A stretch of DNA of 64,000 nucleotides from Octopus bimaculoides (GCF_001194135.2 NC_068996.1:54981617-55045616); one strand, 5' to 3'; numbered from the stretch's first letter, positions 27,346-38,735 are shown. The notes: generated by a model from the sequence alone, not told the origin. Numbers and translations are program-made.

Positions 27346-27513
27346 CAAGGCATTTTTCATTAAATCTGCAAAAGAAAATTCGGGACATGTTTTGTCGTTC
27401 GATTCCCTCAGAGCCAGTGTGAAGCGCATGGTGGGCGGCAGCGAAGATTTCTTCTTCTTCTCCTTCCCCATCGGACCGATCGTAGTAAAAGTTAACCTCC
27501 TCGGATCCGACAT
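27346..27513 (-). CDS. UBN1: Ubinuclein (UBN1/UBN2/yemanuclein family), coding exon 1
   Basis: Translates MSDPRRLTFTTIGPMGKEKKKKSSLPPTMRFTLALRESNDKTCPEFSFADLMKNAL. This matches the ubinuclein N-terminus as recalled for human UBN1 (MSEPHRVQFT...[25 protein letters not shown]). Ends at donor TTG|GTAAGT, phase 0. An in-frame ATG 9 nt upstream (27522) is an alternative start. Symbol denotes the family; paralog assignment not possible. Confidence 0.9.
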
Positions 27514-27619
27514 CGCGTTCATTAAAACACAATACAGCCATGAGACAGATAAATAGAATGATCTATGTCCCGGTTAACTATGTTTCTACACCTCTGTACC
27601 AACAAACTAGCGAGTCTAT

Positions 27620-27649
27620 CGCCATTTTGTAAGGGCAGTATGACGTCAT
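27620..27649. promoter_or_regulatory. Putative UBN promoter motifs: YY1-type CGCCATTTTG and palindromic CRE TGACGTCA
   Basis: CGCCATTTTG at 27620-27629 and TGACGTCA at 27641-27648, 110-135 bp upstream of the UBN start codon in a locally CpG-richer stretch. Motif match only. Confidence 0.45.
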
Positions 27650-28948
27650 GAGCGTTGAAGGTGTCGGAGGGAGAAATCACCGTTTACCACTTGAGTACCC
27701 CTCGAAATCCAAATGCTAAGATTCTGCGAGAAGATAAAGACAGAAACGTGCACCGAAATAAACGATATTAATTGATTGTGAATTAATGATTTAGAGAAAT
27801 TACTTTCGAAAACAAATGTCCATTTTCCAAAAAAAATATTGCAAGAGTAATATAATTTTAGAAGAAAATATGACTGAAATGAAAGAGATAAAAATAGATG
27901 ATTATGAATAAGGAGAAAGAATGAAGTAATATTCAAATACAGAGATAAGATGAGAGGAAAGGAAGGAGTTAATAAGTAATGTTGGATGCTTTTGTTCGGG
28001 ATCATTCGGAAACGATCGGTCATTGACCTTTTCTTAAATTCATTGAAATGAAAAATACCCGAAGTATTATTAAAAACATATCTGATACATAATAAAAATA
28101 GATGGAGTAAAAAAATTTTATTTATTTTTTCATTAACTAAAACAAAATAAATAAAGCTGCGGAAATGTACGGGCTACTTTACGGATTTTTACGAAGTGAA
28201 AACTTTGTACCGGTTATAAGTGAGAAACTTCAGAAATTTTGGTAAAGAGAAAAAGAAAACTTCGAAACAATTATTTCTAATTTAATGTTTTTTTTTCTCC
28301 TCGTCTATTTTTCTTTTTAATGTTATTAAAATACTTTGATAATTAGCATTTTGTAATTTTTTTTTCTTATTCTGAAAATATTTCTATTTCAACAGAATAA
28401 CTTCCCGACTAATTAATGAAAATATTAATGATTATTGATGTTAGCAAGAGATAGAATACATTTCAGTAGCTTGTTTTGTATATGTTTTTCTATTGCACAT
28501 GGTTGTGGATATACACTTGTTTGTATTTTTTAAATAAAATCTGTGTATTTATGTTAACTTCTTTTCACTAAAACTAAAATACAACTCCTTTATTGGTTCC
28601 AATCCAAAGGCAAACATTGAAACTGAGAATTGTGTGTTAATAGAAACACTGCACAGCGCTTGTATTTGGATTAATAACGGTGTAGTAACAGGTATGTATT
28701 TTTAGCGGAAGCACCGTTTAAGTCTAATGTTAAACTACGTCTTTCTCCTAAGGCCATCTTAACAGTATTTATAGGCCCTGAGCACTACAGTATTTATTTA
28801 TAGACAGCAAGCCCTGGCATACACAGAATAGAGATGGACAATTGTACCCGTGAGATTTTCCAGGTAAATGCCCAGTGTTTCTCCCTTGCCAGAAAAGAAG
28901 ACCAGCTAAATAGTGGTTTGCTGTTATTTTATTTATTTTTTTTTTTTT

Positions 28949-29102
28949 GGTAAATTTTCAGATTAACACCCACACGATTTTCACTAAGGGTTAGGGTTTT
29001 AGGATTAGGGTTACGGTTAGGGAATTCCGTCCCTAACCCAACCCTAACCCTGACCCTAACACACTAGTGAAAATCGTGCGGGTGTTAATCTGAAAATTTA
29101 CC
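28949..29102. mobile_element. 154-bp fold-back MITE with inverted telomere-type repeats
   Basis: 38-bp arms with one mismatch (ggtaaattttcagattaacaccc...cacta / tagtg...gggtgttaatctgaaaatttacc); TTAGGG-like units, then CCCTAA-like units inside; T-tract flanks. Confidence 0.85.
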
Positions 29103-29111
29103 ATTTTTTTT

Positions 29112-29444
29112 AACCTTGTTTCAGTCATTTGACTGCGGCCATGCTGGAGCATCGCCTTTAGTCGAACAAATCGACCCCAGGACTTATCCTTTATAAGCCT
29201 AGTACTTATTCTATCAGTCTCTTTTGCCGAACTGCTATTTTACACACAAACATCGCTTGTCCAGCAACAGTGCGGAGACAAACACACACACATATGATGG
29301 GCTTCTTTCAGTTTCCGTCTACCAAATCCACTCACAAGGCTTTGGTCGGACCGAGGCTATAGTAGAAGACACTCAAGGTGCCAGGCAGTGGAACTGAACC
29401 CAGAATCATGTGGTTGGGAAGCAAGCTACTTACTACACAACCTC
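29112..29444 (-). mobile_element. SINE family A, interrupted by the MITE at 29445-30849 (remainder at 30850-30866)
   Basis: The SINE head ends ...ttactacacaacctc and resumes after the MITE as acaacctctcctgcgc. Confidence 0.85.
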
Positions 29445-30849
29445 GGACCTTTATGATTTGACGGGCAACATTTTTTTATGTAGTGTTTTTGATACCGAAA
29501 CACTTTCAAACTTCGTATACTTGTATATTTTGTGGTATAGAACAGATAATACATTTTGTATTCGAAGTTATTTCACGTTAAAAATTGTCTTATTTCGATA
29601 ATTTCAACTAATCACTGACGTCNNNNNNNNNNNNNNNNNNNNNNNNNNNNNNNNNNNNNNNNNNNNNNNNNNNNNNNNNNNNNNNNNNNNNNNNNNNNNN
29701 NNNNNNNNNNNNNNNNNNNNNNNNNNNNNNNNNNNNNNNNNNNNNNNNNNNNNNNNNNNNNNNNNNNNNNNNNNNNNNNNNNNNNNNNNNNNNNNNNNNN
29801 NNNNNNNNNNNNNNNNNNNNNNNNNNNNNNNNNNNNNNNNNNNNNNNNNNNNNNNNNNNNNNNNNNNNNNNNNNNNNNNNNNNNNNNNNNNNNNNNNNNN
29901 NNNNNNNNNNNNNNNNNNNNNNNNNNNNNNNNNNNNNNNNNNNNNNNNNNNNNNNNNNNNNNNNNNNNNNNNNNNNNNNNNNNNNNNNNNNNNNNNNNNN
30001 NNNNNNNNNNNNNNNNNNNNNNNNNNNNNNNNNNNNNNNNNNNNNNNNNNNNNNNNNNNNNNNNNNNNNNNNNNNNNNNNNNNNNNNNNNNNNNNNNNNN
30101 NNNNNNNNNNNNNNNNNNNNNNNNNNNNNNNNNNNNNNNNNNNNNNNNNNNNNNNNNNNNNNNNNNNNNNNNNNNNNNNNNNNNNNNNNNNNNNNNNNNN
30201 NNNNNNNNNNNNNNNNNNNNNNNNNNNNNNNNNNNNNNNNNNNNNNNNNNNNNNNNNNNNNNNNNNNNNNNNNNNNNNNNNNNNNNNNNNNNNNNNNNNN
30301 NNNNNNNNNNNNNNNNNNNNNNNNNNNNNNNNNNNNNNNNNNNNNNNNNNNNNNNNNNNNNNNNNNNNNNNNNNNNNNNNNNNNNNNNNNNNNNNNNNNN
30401 NNNNNNNNNNNNNNNNNNNNNNNNNNNNNNNNNNNNNNNNNNNNNNNNNNNNTTCCATAGCTTCGTTTTTCTTTTTTCTTTTTAAATTTGCTGTTTTACC
30501 CTAACCCTAACCCTAACCCTATCACCGATAGAATTGTTTCAGAATCGTTTGTTTATGTAGTCGGCACTTAATGTATATCAGCTGAATGGACGTCAGTGAT
30601 TGGTTGAAATTACAGAAATACGACAACTTTCACATGGAATAACTTAGGGATTTCTTTTTTTTTTAAAGAAGACTAAGAGAAAAAGATGTTTTATATGACA
30701 CATTCTACCAGTGTTTCAAGTTTCAAAGTGTTTCGTTAATGAAAAATGTGGCCCCCGTTTTAAAAAAGATCCACGCATTCTACCAGTGTCCCAAGTTTGA
30801 AAGTGTTTCGTTAAGAAAACAAGTGTTGGCCGTCAAATCACAAAGATCC
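29445..30849. mobile_element. Merlin-like MITE, nested, spanning gap
   Basis: TSD acaacctc at 29437-29444 and 30850-30857; TIR ggacctttatgatttgacgggcaaca / tgttggccgtcaaatcacaaagatcc. Interior homologous to 8891-9527; an inner related element ends at 30772. Confidence 0.85.
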
Positions 30850-31299
30850 ACAACCTCTCCTGCGCTTATATTTATAGTTGCTTTTTTTTAATATTTTACT
30901 TCATTAAAAAACGGTTACCTCTTTTTACGGCGAAATGTAAACGTTAACCAAACACCGTGGAACGCTTCCATCAGTTAATTCACGTCGGCAGCGCTTCGGC
31001 TGCTCTGTAAACTTAGCACCCCCGATTTTGTGATATTTATAAATATCTTTTCTCCTGAACTACTCTATCTTCTATCTTTTACTCGTTTCAGTTATTAGAC
31101 TCTAACCATGCTGGGGCAACGTCTTCAGGAATTTTAGTCGAATGGATCGACCCTAGTACTTTTTTTAAGCAGGGTATTTATTCTATCGGTCCCTTCCCGA
31201 ACTGCTAAGTTACGATGACATAAACACACCTACGCCGGTTGTCAGGTGGTGGTGGTGGGGCAAACACAGCCAGATACAAACACACATGTATGTGTGTAT

Positions 31300-31915
31300 T
31301 GGGCATAAGACGAATTAAATGCTGCATACGACAGAAAAGACTATGTTGGCTTGGACATATGATGCGTATGAATGAAAACATCTGCATAAAGAATGCCGAT
31401 CACTGAAAGTGAATGGTACCCGCAGAAGAGGAAGACATGGGCTGAGGTGGTAAAGACCGATCTCAGGATGTTAGGCCACACGGACGAAATGACAGTGGAC
31501 CGGGATGTTTGGCGGGTAACCTTGTACCTCTACAGCAAGACGCCCGTTGTCTCTCTGTCTCATTATAACTTTTTATCATCTGACACAAGATCACTTCCTC
31601 CAATAGCTCCTCCCCTCTAAAAGAATTTTTGTCTTGGTGACCCTCCCAGTGCTGATGCCACGTAAAAAGCATCCAGTCCACACTGTAAAGTGGTTGGCAT
31701 TTGGAAGGGCATCCATCTGTAAAAACCTTGCCAAAACTAACCTCGCCTGTGTTAGAGCCACGTAATAAGCACTGAGATCACGCTGCAGAATGGTCGGTGT
31801 TAGGAAGGGCATCCAGCCGTAAAACCCTGCCAAAACAGACAGAAGTGCAGGCTCCTGCCAGGCCAACTCCTGTCAAACCGTCCAACCCATGCAAGCATGC
31901 AAACGTTAAATGACG
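31300..31915 (+). mobile_element. RTE-clade LINE 3' fragment(s)
   Basis: CWLGHMMRMNENICIKN...RKTWAEVVKTDLRMLG, then UTR motifs ggaagggcatccagccgtaaaa and cccatgcaagcatgcaaacgttaaatga. Confidence 0.75.
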
Positions 31916-31932
31916 TGTGTGTATGTATGCGA

Positions 31933-31933
<1 letters not shown>

Positions 31934-32013
<80 letters not shown>

Positions 32014-32022
32014 GAGAGAGAG
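31934..32022. repeat. (TA)n microsatellite followed by (GA)n
   Basis: Directly visible. Other prominent microsatellites: (CA/TG)n at ~4385-4446, 10627-10678, 14998-15118, 22269-22320; (TA)n at ~3774-3805, 47005-47052; (GA)n at ~58800-58857. Confidence 0.95.
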
Positions 32023-32119
32023 AGTATATATGGAAATTTTTCCCTATATTTTTATGAGATATTTTTGAATCACGGGTACTTGATTTAAAATAAAATATAC
32101 ATCTTTATCATCTTAATCA

Positions 32120-32792
32120 AAAGCCAGAAATACAGATGGAGAGACTATCTCTTTATAGACGAAGATCAGTTGCAATGGGAAGAGTTGAATCTCATAAGAA
32201 TGGAAAAACAAACAACAAATGGGTTGTACCTTATAATGAAACTCTTTTGAGACCATTCAAATACCACTGCAACGTTGAAATCGTTGCCTCAGCGAGGTCA
32301 GTTAAGTACATCATTAAGTACACGTTGAAAGGAAATGACCAAGCTGCTGTTCAAATAAACAATGATAATGAAACTAGTCAATATATAATGGGTAGGTATA
32401 TTGGACCATCCGAAGCAGTTGCATCCATTTTAAGATTTTCAATTCATGAAAGAGCACCAGCAATAGTGAGACTGCATGTTCATCTACCAGATGAACAAAG
32501 AATGTTGCTCAGAAATAATGAGGATATATATGGCTGTCAATGAACGACAGATGAGAACAACACTGACAGACTTCTTTTCATTGTGCATCAATGATGACTT
32601 TGAAAAAACATGACTTTATGCTGAAGTACCCATGTATTTCACTTGGAACAGTAGGAACAAAGAATGGCAAAGAAGAAAGCGAGGAAAATCTTTGAAGGGC
32701 ATTTGAACGTTTTCAAAGAAACACTTGGCCGTTGTCACATCAAAGGCAAGAGAACTGTATTATTTAAGAATTTTATTGCATGAAGTTCGAAA
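32120..32792 (+). mobile_element. Helitron Rep/helicase fragment (degenerate)
   Basis: KWVVPYNETLLRPFKYHCNVEIVASARSVKYIIKYTLKGND...YIMGRYIGPSEAVASILRFSIHERAPAIVRLHVHLPDEQ, continuing after frameshifts as TTLTDFF...LYAEVPMYFTWN...WQRRKR...RELYYLRILLHEVR. These are characteristic Helitron Rep-Hel motifs. Confidence 0.9.
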
Positions 32793-32857
32793 TAGTATTT
32801 TTTCCTTTCTCGCCGCTCATCGACATTTTCAACTTGGAGTAGTTGTAACCCAACGGA

Positions 32858-32907
32858 TCACGGCGGGTACATATATATATATATATATATATATGTACCC
32901 GCCGTGA
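32858..32907. repeat. Perfect 50-bp palindrome with (AT)12 centre
   Basis: tcacggcgggtac-(AT)12-gtacccgccgtga. Confidence 0.95.
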
Positions 32908-33619
32908 AAGAATAAATGGAGCAAAACGCATATAATAAACAAGTTCCTTTATATATATATATATTTACATACATACATACATACGACATCTTCAATTTAG
33001 TCTTTTATTCAGGAAAATATGTAACCAACACCTAATAAAACAGTAAAAATACAAACTGACACTAATCAGGCCAATCTCCTTTTAATTCCTTTTCTTTTTC
33101 TTTTTTTTACTAGTCACAGAGAGAAAAACATGTGATATAACTACAGTAATTACCTTTAAAAGTGAGGTAAAAATATATATCTCTTATTTGTTTTAGTCAC
33201 TGGACTCCGACCAAGCTGGAGCACTACCTTGAAGGATTTTAGTCAAACAAATCGGCCCCACTCCTTATCTTTTAAGCTTGGTACTTATTTTATCGGGTTC
33301 GTTTGCAGAACTGCTAAGTTACCTGGATGTAAGACAAAGCCAGTTATCAAGCAGTGACGCATATATACATACACGATGGGCTTCCACACAGTTTCCGTCT
33401 ACCAAATTCACTCACAAGGCATTGGTCGGTCCGGTGTTATAATAGAAGAAACTTGCCTAAAGTACAGCACAGTGGAATTGAACCCGAATCTACATGGTTG
33501 CAAAGCGAGCTTCTTACCCACGCAAGCATACCTGTACCTGAACGAACTTACATATATCACTAATCCTTTGTATAAGTTTGCTTGGCTCTACAGGAAGGAG
33601 TAACGCTGATGCCTTTTGC

Positions 33620-34300
33620 ATGGCCGTTCTATATCGGTGAGGCTGATGCCATTTATGTTCGTCACAAACACTGGTAAGAAGAAAATTCTAGCAGGTCGAG
33701 AATGTCTGGGTGGAAGTGGCTTGAGCCGAGCCATTTTCGAAAAACAGAGGCCATTTTAATAGTTGTAGAAAAAACAGAGTACTTGTAGATCAGAAAACTG
33801 GAGCATGTCTGTAAGTGACTATGCCAATCTGACAGGTAACTCCTTTTTCAAGATGCGGTGTAAAATGTCTAAGAATGCATAAACTGGCACTTACCCAGAT
33901 GTGTGAGTCATACTCCATCGTAGGCTTCACTTGAGCTTTAAAGAGTGTCAATAATTGTTGGCATAGGCGGGATCAAGTCTCTTTTAGTCTTGAAGAACCA
34001 GTATTTAAGATACAGTCTTTGACATGTTAAGGTTGTATTTTCGTCAGGAGAAATCCTTAGTAGTAATGAGGTCTAACATTACATTAGAGACGATTGTAAG
34101 GGCTCTGGATCAATGGTGTTTTTTTTTTTCTTTTGTATAAGTAGCGCTTGTGTTCTTCTTGTTGATGAAAGCGACAAGATTAGCATATGTCAATTGGAGG
34201 ATATTTTCTGTGCCTGTTCAGCATGTATTTATAGCGTGATCATCGTCTGAAGTACTTGTCCAGATTGCTGGCGAATCAAATGGCAATTTCATAAGCCCAA
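33620..34300 (-). mobile_element. Degenerate CR1/Jockey-group LINE RT 3' relic
   Basis: Minus-strand remnants LITTKDFSWRKY... and KAQVKPTMEYDSHIW resemble LGI..T.DLSW..HI and YK.QIRP.MEYC.HIW. Confidence 0.5.
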
Positions 34301-37300
34301 AGCAGTTTCATTATTCTACTAATATATTACATAAGGACACTGAAGAAAAGGAGGCTGAGATGCTATGGCCATATAACATGATCTAATGATCTTACAAAGT
34401 ACATTCTTCCAGAGATCATTGAGGAGAAGGAAAGAAGGAGAGACGGAGATAGAAAAAGATGAACAGACCATATCAAGAAATGGACATGAACATGATTAGC
34501 GGAGATCCCAGACCTGATACTACAGAAACAAATACTAAAAAAAAGAAACTGTCTGGGTGGAAGAGAATGCAGATGAAAAGGGTTAAAAATCGAGAAAGAA
34601 TTGTCAAAATATGAGATACTGGATGCCTACTTTTCATTCCCTAGCACCCAACGTCAGCTGCGCCAGAGATGGAACTCTTGGAAAACTTTCTAGTGCCTGT
34701 TTTCCACCTAGTGGGCCTATGACAACATCCCGGCTGCTGTGACTGCATAGGTAGTAGAAATGGAACCCCCCAGAAGACATGACCAATTCATTAGACTATC
34801 GTCTTGATGACGAAGATGAGAAAAAAAACTATGCGTGATCGTTGATACATATATGGAATACCCAACAGAGCCACACCTGATTTCATAAGTGCTCCTCTTA
34901 ACTCAGGCTTGTGTCAGACAAACCTTATAGTAATTTTAAGTTTCCTTAAAAGATGAAGCTGAACATAATTTCAGTGCAACTTAGAACAAGAAACAAATTA
35001 ATAGTCATTGGTCAAATACTTTGCTTTGGAAGTTATGATATTACACTTAATTCTTTAATTACGTTCGTTTCAATACTACATGAATATAAATGTTAACATG
35101 AATATAAGTGTTAACATGAATATAAATGAATTTATAATACTACAGTATAATGTAAACCATACGCATTTTCTCAGACAAAGTCTCAAGTAATATAATTTAC
35201 ATTCGGAAGATTATGCTATATATTATCTTTGTATTTCAAACTGAAATACATGCAGTGTTGAAACAATAATACCATAACTTTCATTCTTTGATTAAATGCG
35301 ACCAATTTATTGGATTTGGAATTTCAGCTTGTATGAACAGTGTTCTTCTTTTAAGATAAATTATTTACAGATATACACCCTGTTAGCCGGTATTCGCAAG
35401 AGTGCTAACTGAGAATTGTATGTATGTATGTATGTATGTATGTGTGTGTGTGTGTATGCGCGCGCGCGGTCTGCTCCCCCCCCATACAGATGGCCTCATT
35501 TCTTTCTTTCTATAATTCCCTGTTTAGCTGCACCTTCTAACCTAAGAAACTAAGAGAATACGTTACATTCAGCATCTCATACAAAATTCTTACCATATAG
35601 AAAAGACAGCAAAAAGATACACAAACTCATTAAGAGCACTTACAATATCGCATTTGGTCATATACCACTAAGCATTTCGCCCAACGTTAGCACGCCTGGC
35701 GAAATGCTTAACGGTCTTTACGTTCTGAGTTCAAATTCCGCCGAGGTCGACTTTGCCTTTTATCCTTTCGGGGTCGATAAATAAAGTACCAGTTGCGTAC
35801 TGGGATCGATCTAATCGACTGGCTCCCTCCCCCAAATTTTCAAACGTTGTGCCTAGAGTAGAAAAGAATATTGCATTTGGTCAGCGATAATACAAAGAAA
35901 AACCAAAGGAAAGAAAGAAAAGATGGTTTATGCCGGTTTTGTATAGGTTCCCAATGTCTAATATTTCATGTATAAAGACTAGTAGGGATCCTTGAGATCC
36001 TGTCAAAGTAACAAGATACACAAATTGAGACTTATCTACACGAAGTGATCTTTCGGTAGAAGTTCACAAAGTAAAAGTGAAACATTGCTCTTTCATATAT
36101 ATACAGATAATTTTTAATTAGTCCAGACTTTCAGTTCAGGATTTGGTCCATGATTGTCTCTTCATGCAAACACAAAATCTTAAAAACACCAAAACGTTTA
36201 AAACCAATACTTTTTTTTATTACGGCTAAAAATGTTAATATCTCACCAACGCCTTCCCCTCCACTTATACATTATCCCCATATTATCCATTAAAAAACAT
36301 TTTTACGGCATTACACTAAATAAGTACTCTAGAAATTATCTAAAAGTTTCCCTATCTCCAACCCTAATCCTCACAAAAGATTTTCTAATATAAGGACACA
36401 AGTTTTATTACTACTATTTTTCAGCTCGTCATACCCCAGCAAATATACTGTTAGTTGTTTTCTATGCGTCGGAACTAGGTTCCATCTTGGCCCCAGATGA
36501 CTGGAGCAATGTCTGTCACTGAGAACGCAAGATTTCGCCGAAACGCCCTGTATGGTGAACCATTGGCGTCACCTGCTATTCGATTCCACTTGTTTTTTTT
36601 TTTATTACACATAAAGTCTAGCGATAGAGATTCTTTTTCCGAGATAGGAAGCCGCAGGAGATGTCTTTCACGTCTGCACTTTGTGATCTTCAGACAAACG
36701 TTCGCCGCACATACGAATGGTGCAACTTGTTACGGCAACAAGTTGCACGAAATCTACATAATTTATATCGAACATCTAGGCACAACTAAAGCATCCTAAA
36801 ATACCACTCTCCATAATCAATTCAAATATGCAAGCACAAAACAAAAGCAACAGCGAACATAAACTATTAAACTACGTAGATCAAAGCAGTTACTGATATA
36901 ACGGGATTTATAATTATCCAGCAAATGAACTGATTCAAACTATTATTTATTCTATCATAAAGGAAAACCCTAATTCGCCTTTAGCATTTTCCCTTGTTAA
37001 TAAATTTGTTTTTAAGCTTTACTGAGGTTTTGTCGCATGCCATATTGTTCCTCGAAGTTTATGTTGATAAAGGCTGAAGGTAAAGTATCTCAGTTGTACA
37101 ATAACCTCATTGTTCTGAACACTGCACTGGAAAGCATGCCACTAATAAAAGTAGAGAAGCAATATGTAATCAGGTCCAATTCATATTGTCTGCTTTCGTT
37201 GTGAGCACCCGAAAACTTGGGGAGCCTATATTCGGCAACTCGATCCACTAAAAAAAGCAGTCAAATTCTCCTAAAGCCAAACCCTATCATTTTCAAAAGG

Positions 37301-37899
37301 TCTCTGAAAAAACAAACAAAAAAAAAACCCAACCCTTTTTACTTGACACCCTCATACTATAAACTATGTCGGATTACAAATGATGGTCTTCCACTAGGTA
37401 GAAATATATCACATAGCACTTAGTCGTTCAGGAAGTGACTAGGAGGTCGCTCAACCAACTAGAAATAACAATCAAAACATTATCATGTCACATTTCAACG
37501 AATAGCCGAAGGACAGTTTGGATGATATTGTTCTACATATACCAATGGTAAAGATAATGCAGTAATGAATTAAGGCTGCCCTCGCTTATTTCCGGACTGA
37601 TCGTGATTGCGCACGAACAACAAATGTCACAACGAACATATATCTTAATAAATATGATTTATATCAACCGGTGAATCTTTCATGTGTCTTACCTAAGTGA
37701 CCATATATTCTTTTACAATGTTTGTAAGTATTTTACAAACCAAATGTGTTATTGTTGATCAACTTTGAGCCAGCTCTATCTATGGATAAATATTTTATTT
37801 ATGTGAATAAATCTCCCTTTTATTTATATATACACATAAGTATATATCTTTCGGCATGTTCTTGTTCTCCCTCTTCTTTTTTTTTTTATTTATTATTCC

Positions 37900-37998
37900 T
37901 CCCTTCTTCTTCTCTCCCTTCTTCTACTTCTTTTTCTTCTTCTTCTTCCTCTCAGTGTCAGTTGTGGCGCTTTATTTCAGGAATGAGAAATGGCCGCT
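37900..37998 (+). promoter_or_regulatory. Putative CDAN1 core promoter/5' region (pyrimidine tract, Inr-like TCAGTT, AAATGGCCGC over the ATG)
   Basis: Long CT tract, then TCAGTG/TCAGTT (37952-37963). The tract plus ...tttcAG at 37980 could instead be a 5'-UTR splice acceptor. Confidence 0.35.
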
Positions 37999-38073
37999 GT
38001 GCTCGATGCTCTACTTGACGGCAAATGTGTCCCGTTGCAAGTTATCCAATGGATGAAAATGGAAACGCATCAG
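37990..38073 (+). CDS. CDAN1: Codanin-1 coding exon 1
   Basis: Translates MAAVLDALLDGKCVPLQVIQWMKMETHQ (cf. human CDAN1 [22 protein letters not shown], recalled). Donor CAG|GTATTG, phase 0. Confidence 0.85.
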
Positions 38074-38735
38074 GTATTGATCGTCCTGTACTCCTACCAC
38101 TAATTACTTCACCTCCTCATTTATTTTTATGCCTCTCTCACTTGTTATATCTTCTTTCTACCCGCCTTTGAAACGATTTCATTACGGTTTTATGTCAATC
38201 CTTAACGGTATATTTCTACACCGAACTCTCTTCTCTAAATATAAATATATATTTATATTAAAATGGAGATTAAAATTTTCTTTAATTTAAATACAGTTCC
38301 TCCTCAACATCATACTGTATAGTATACCCTTTATTATCGATTCATTATTCCAAACCGGCATTTGTTCTTGAAACTGATTTGTTTATGAAATTAAACCGGC
38401 GATCCAATTCGTGTTTACATTTGAATAAATCCAAACATGCCAACCACGACTTTATTAACAGTCACACGTTTCCCTCGGAGAGAAAAGTTTATTCAATTTT
38501 TATTTTGGAGAAATAATTACTTATAATGATTCAGTAATATTTATATTTTTTAAAAAAATGAAAGACTGTTTTGCGATGAAAATTATTTTATTAACGGTTA
38601 GGAGTTTCGTAAAAATTCAGCATTTTACAGACAAAAACAAGACAAGATTAACTTAGAAAATGTTCATTACCAAAAACTACACACATTACAATATATTTTT
38701 AAACTTTTTTTTTTATTTGAGATATTTTAAAACTC

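Noticed and set aside
36497-36799. 100-aa plus-strand ORF in the intergenic spacer
   Set aside because: No recognisable homology and it includes a T-run; not supported as a gene.
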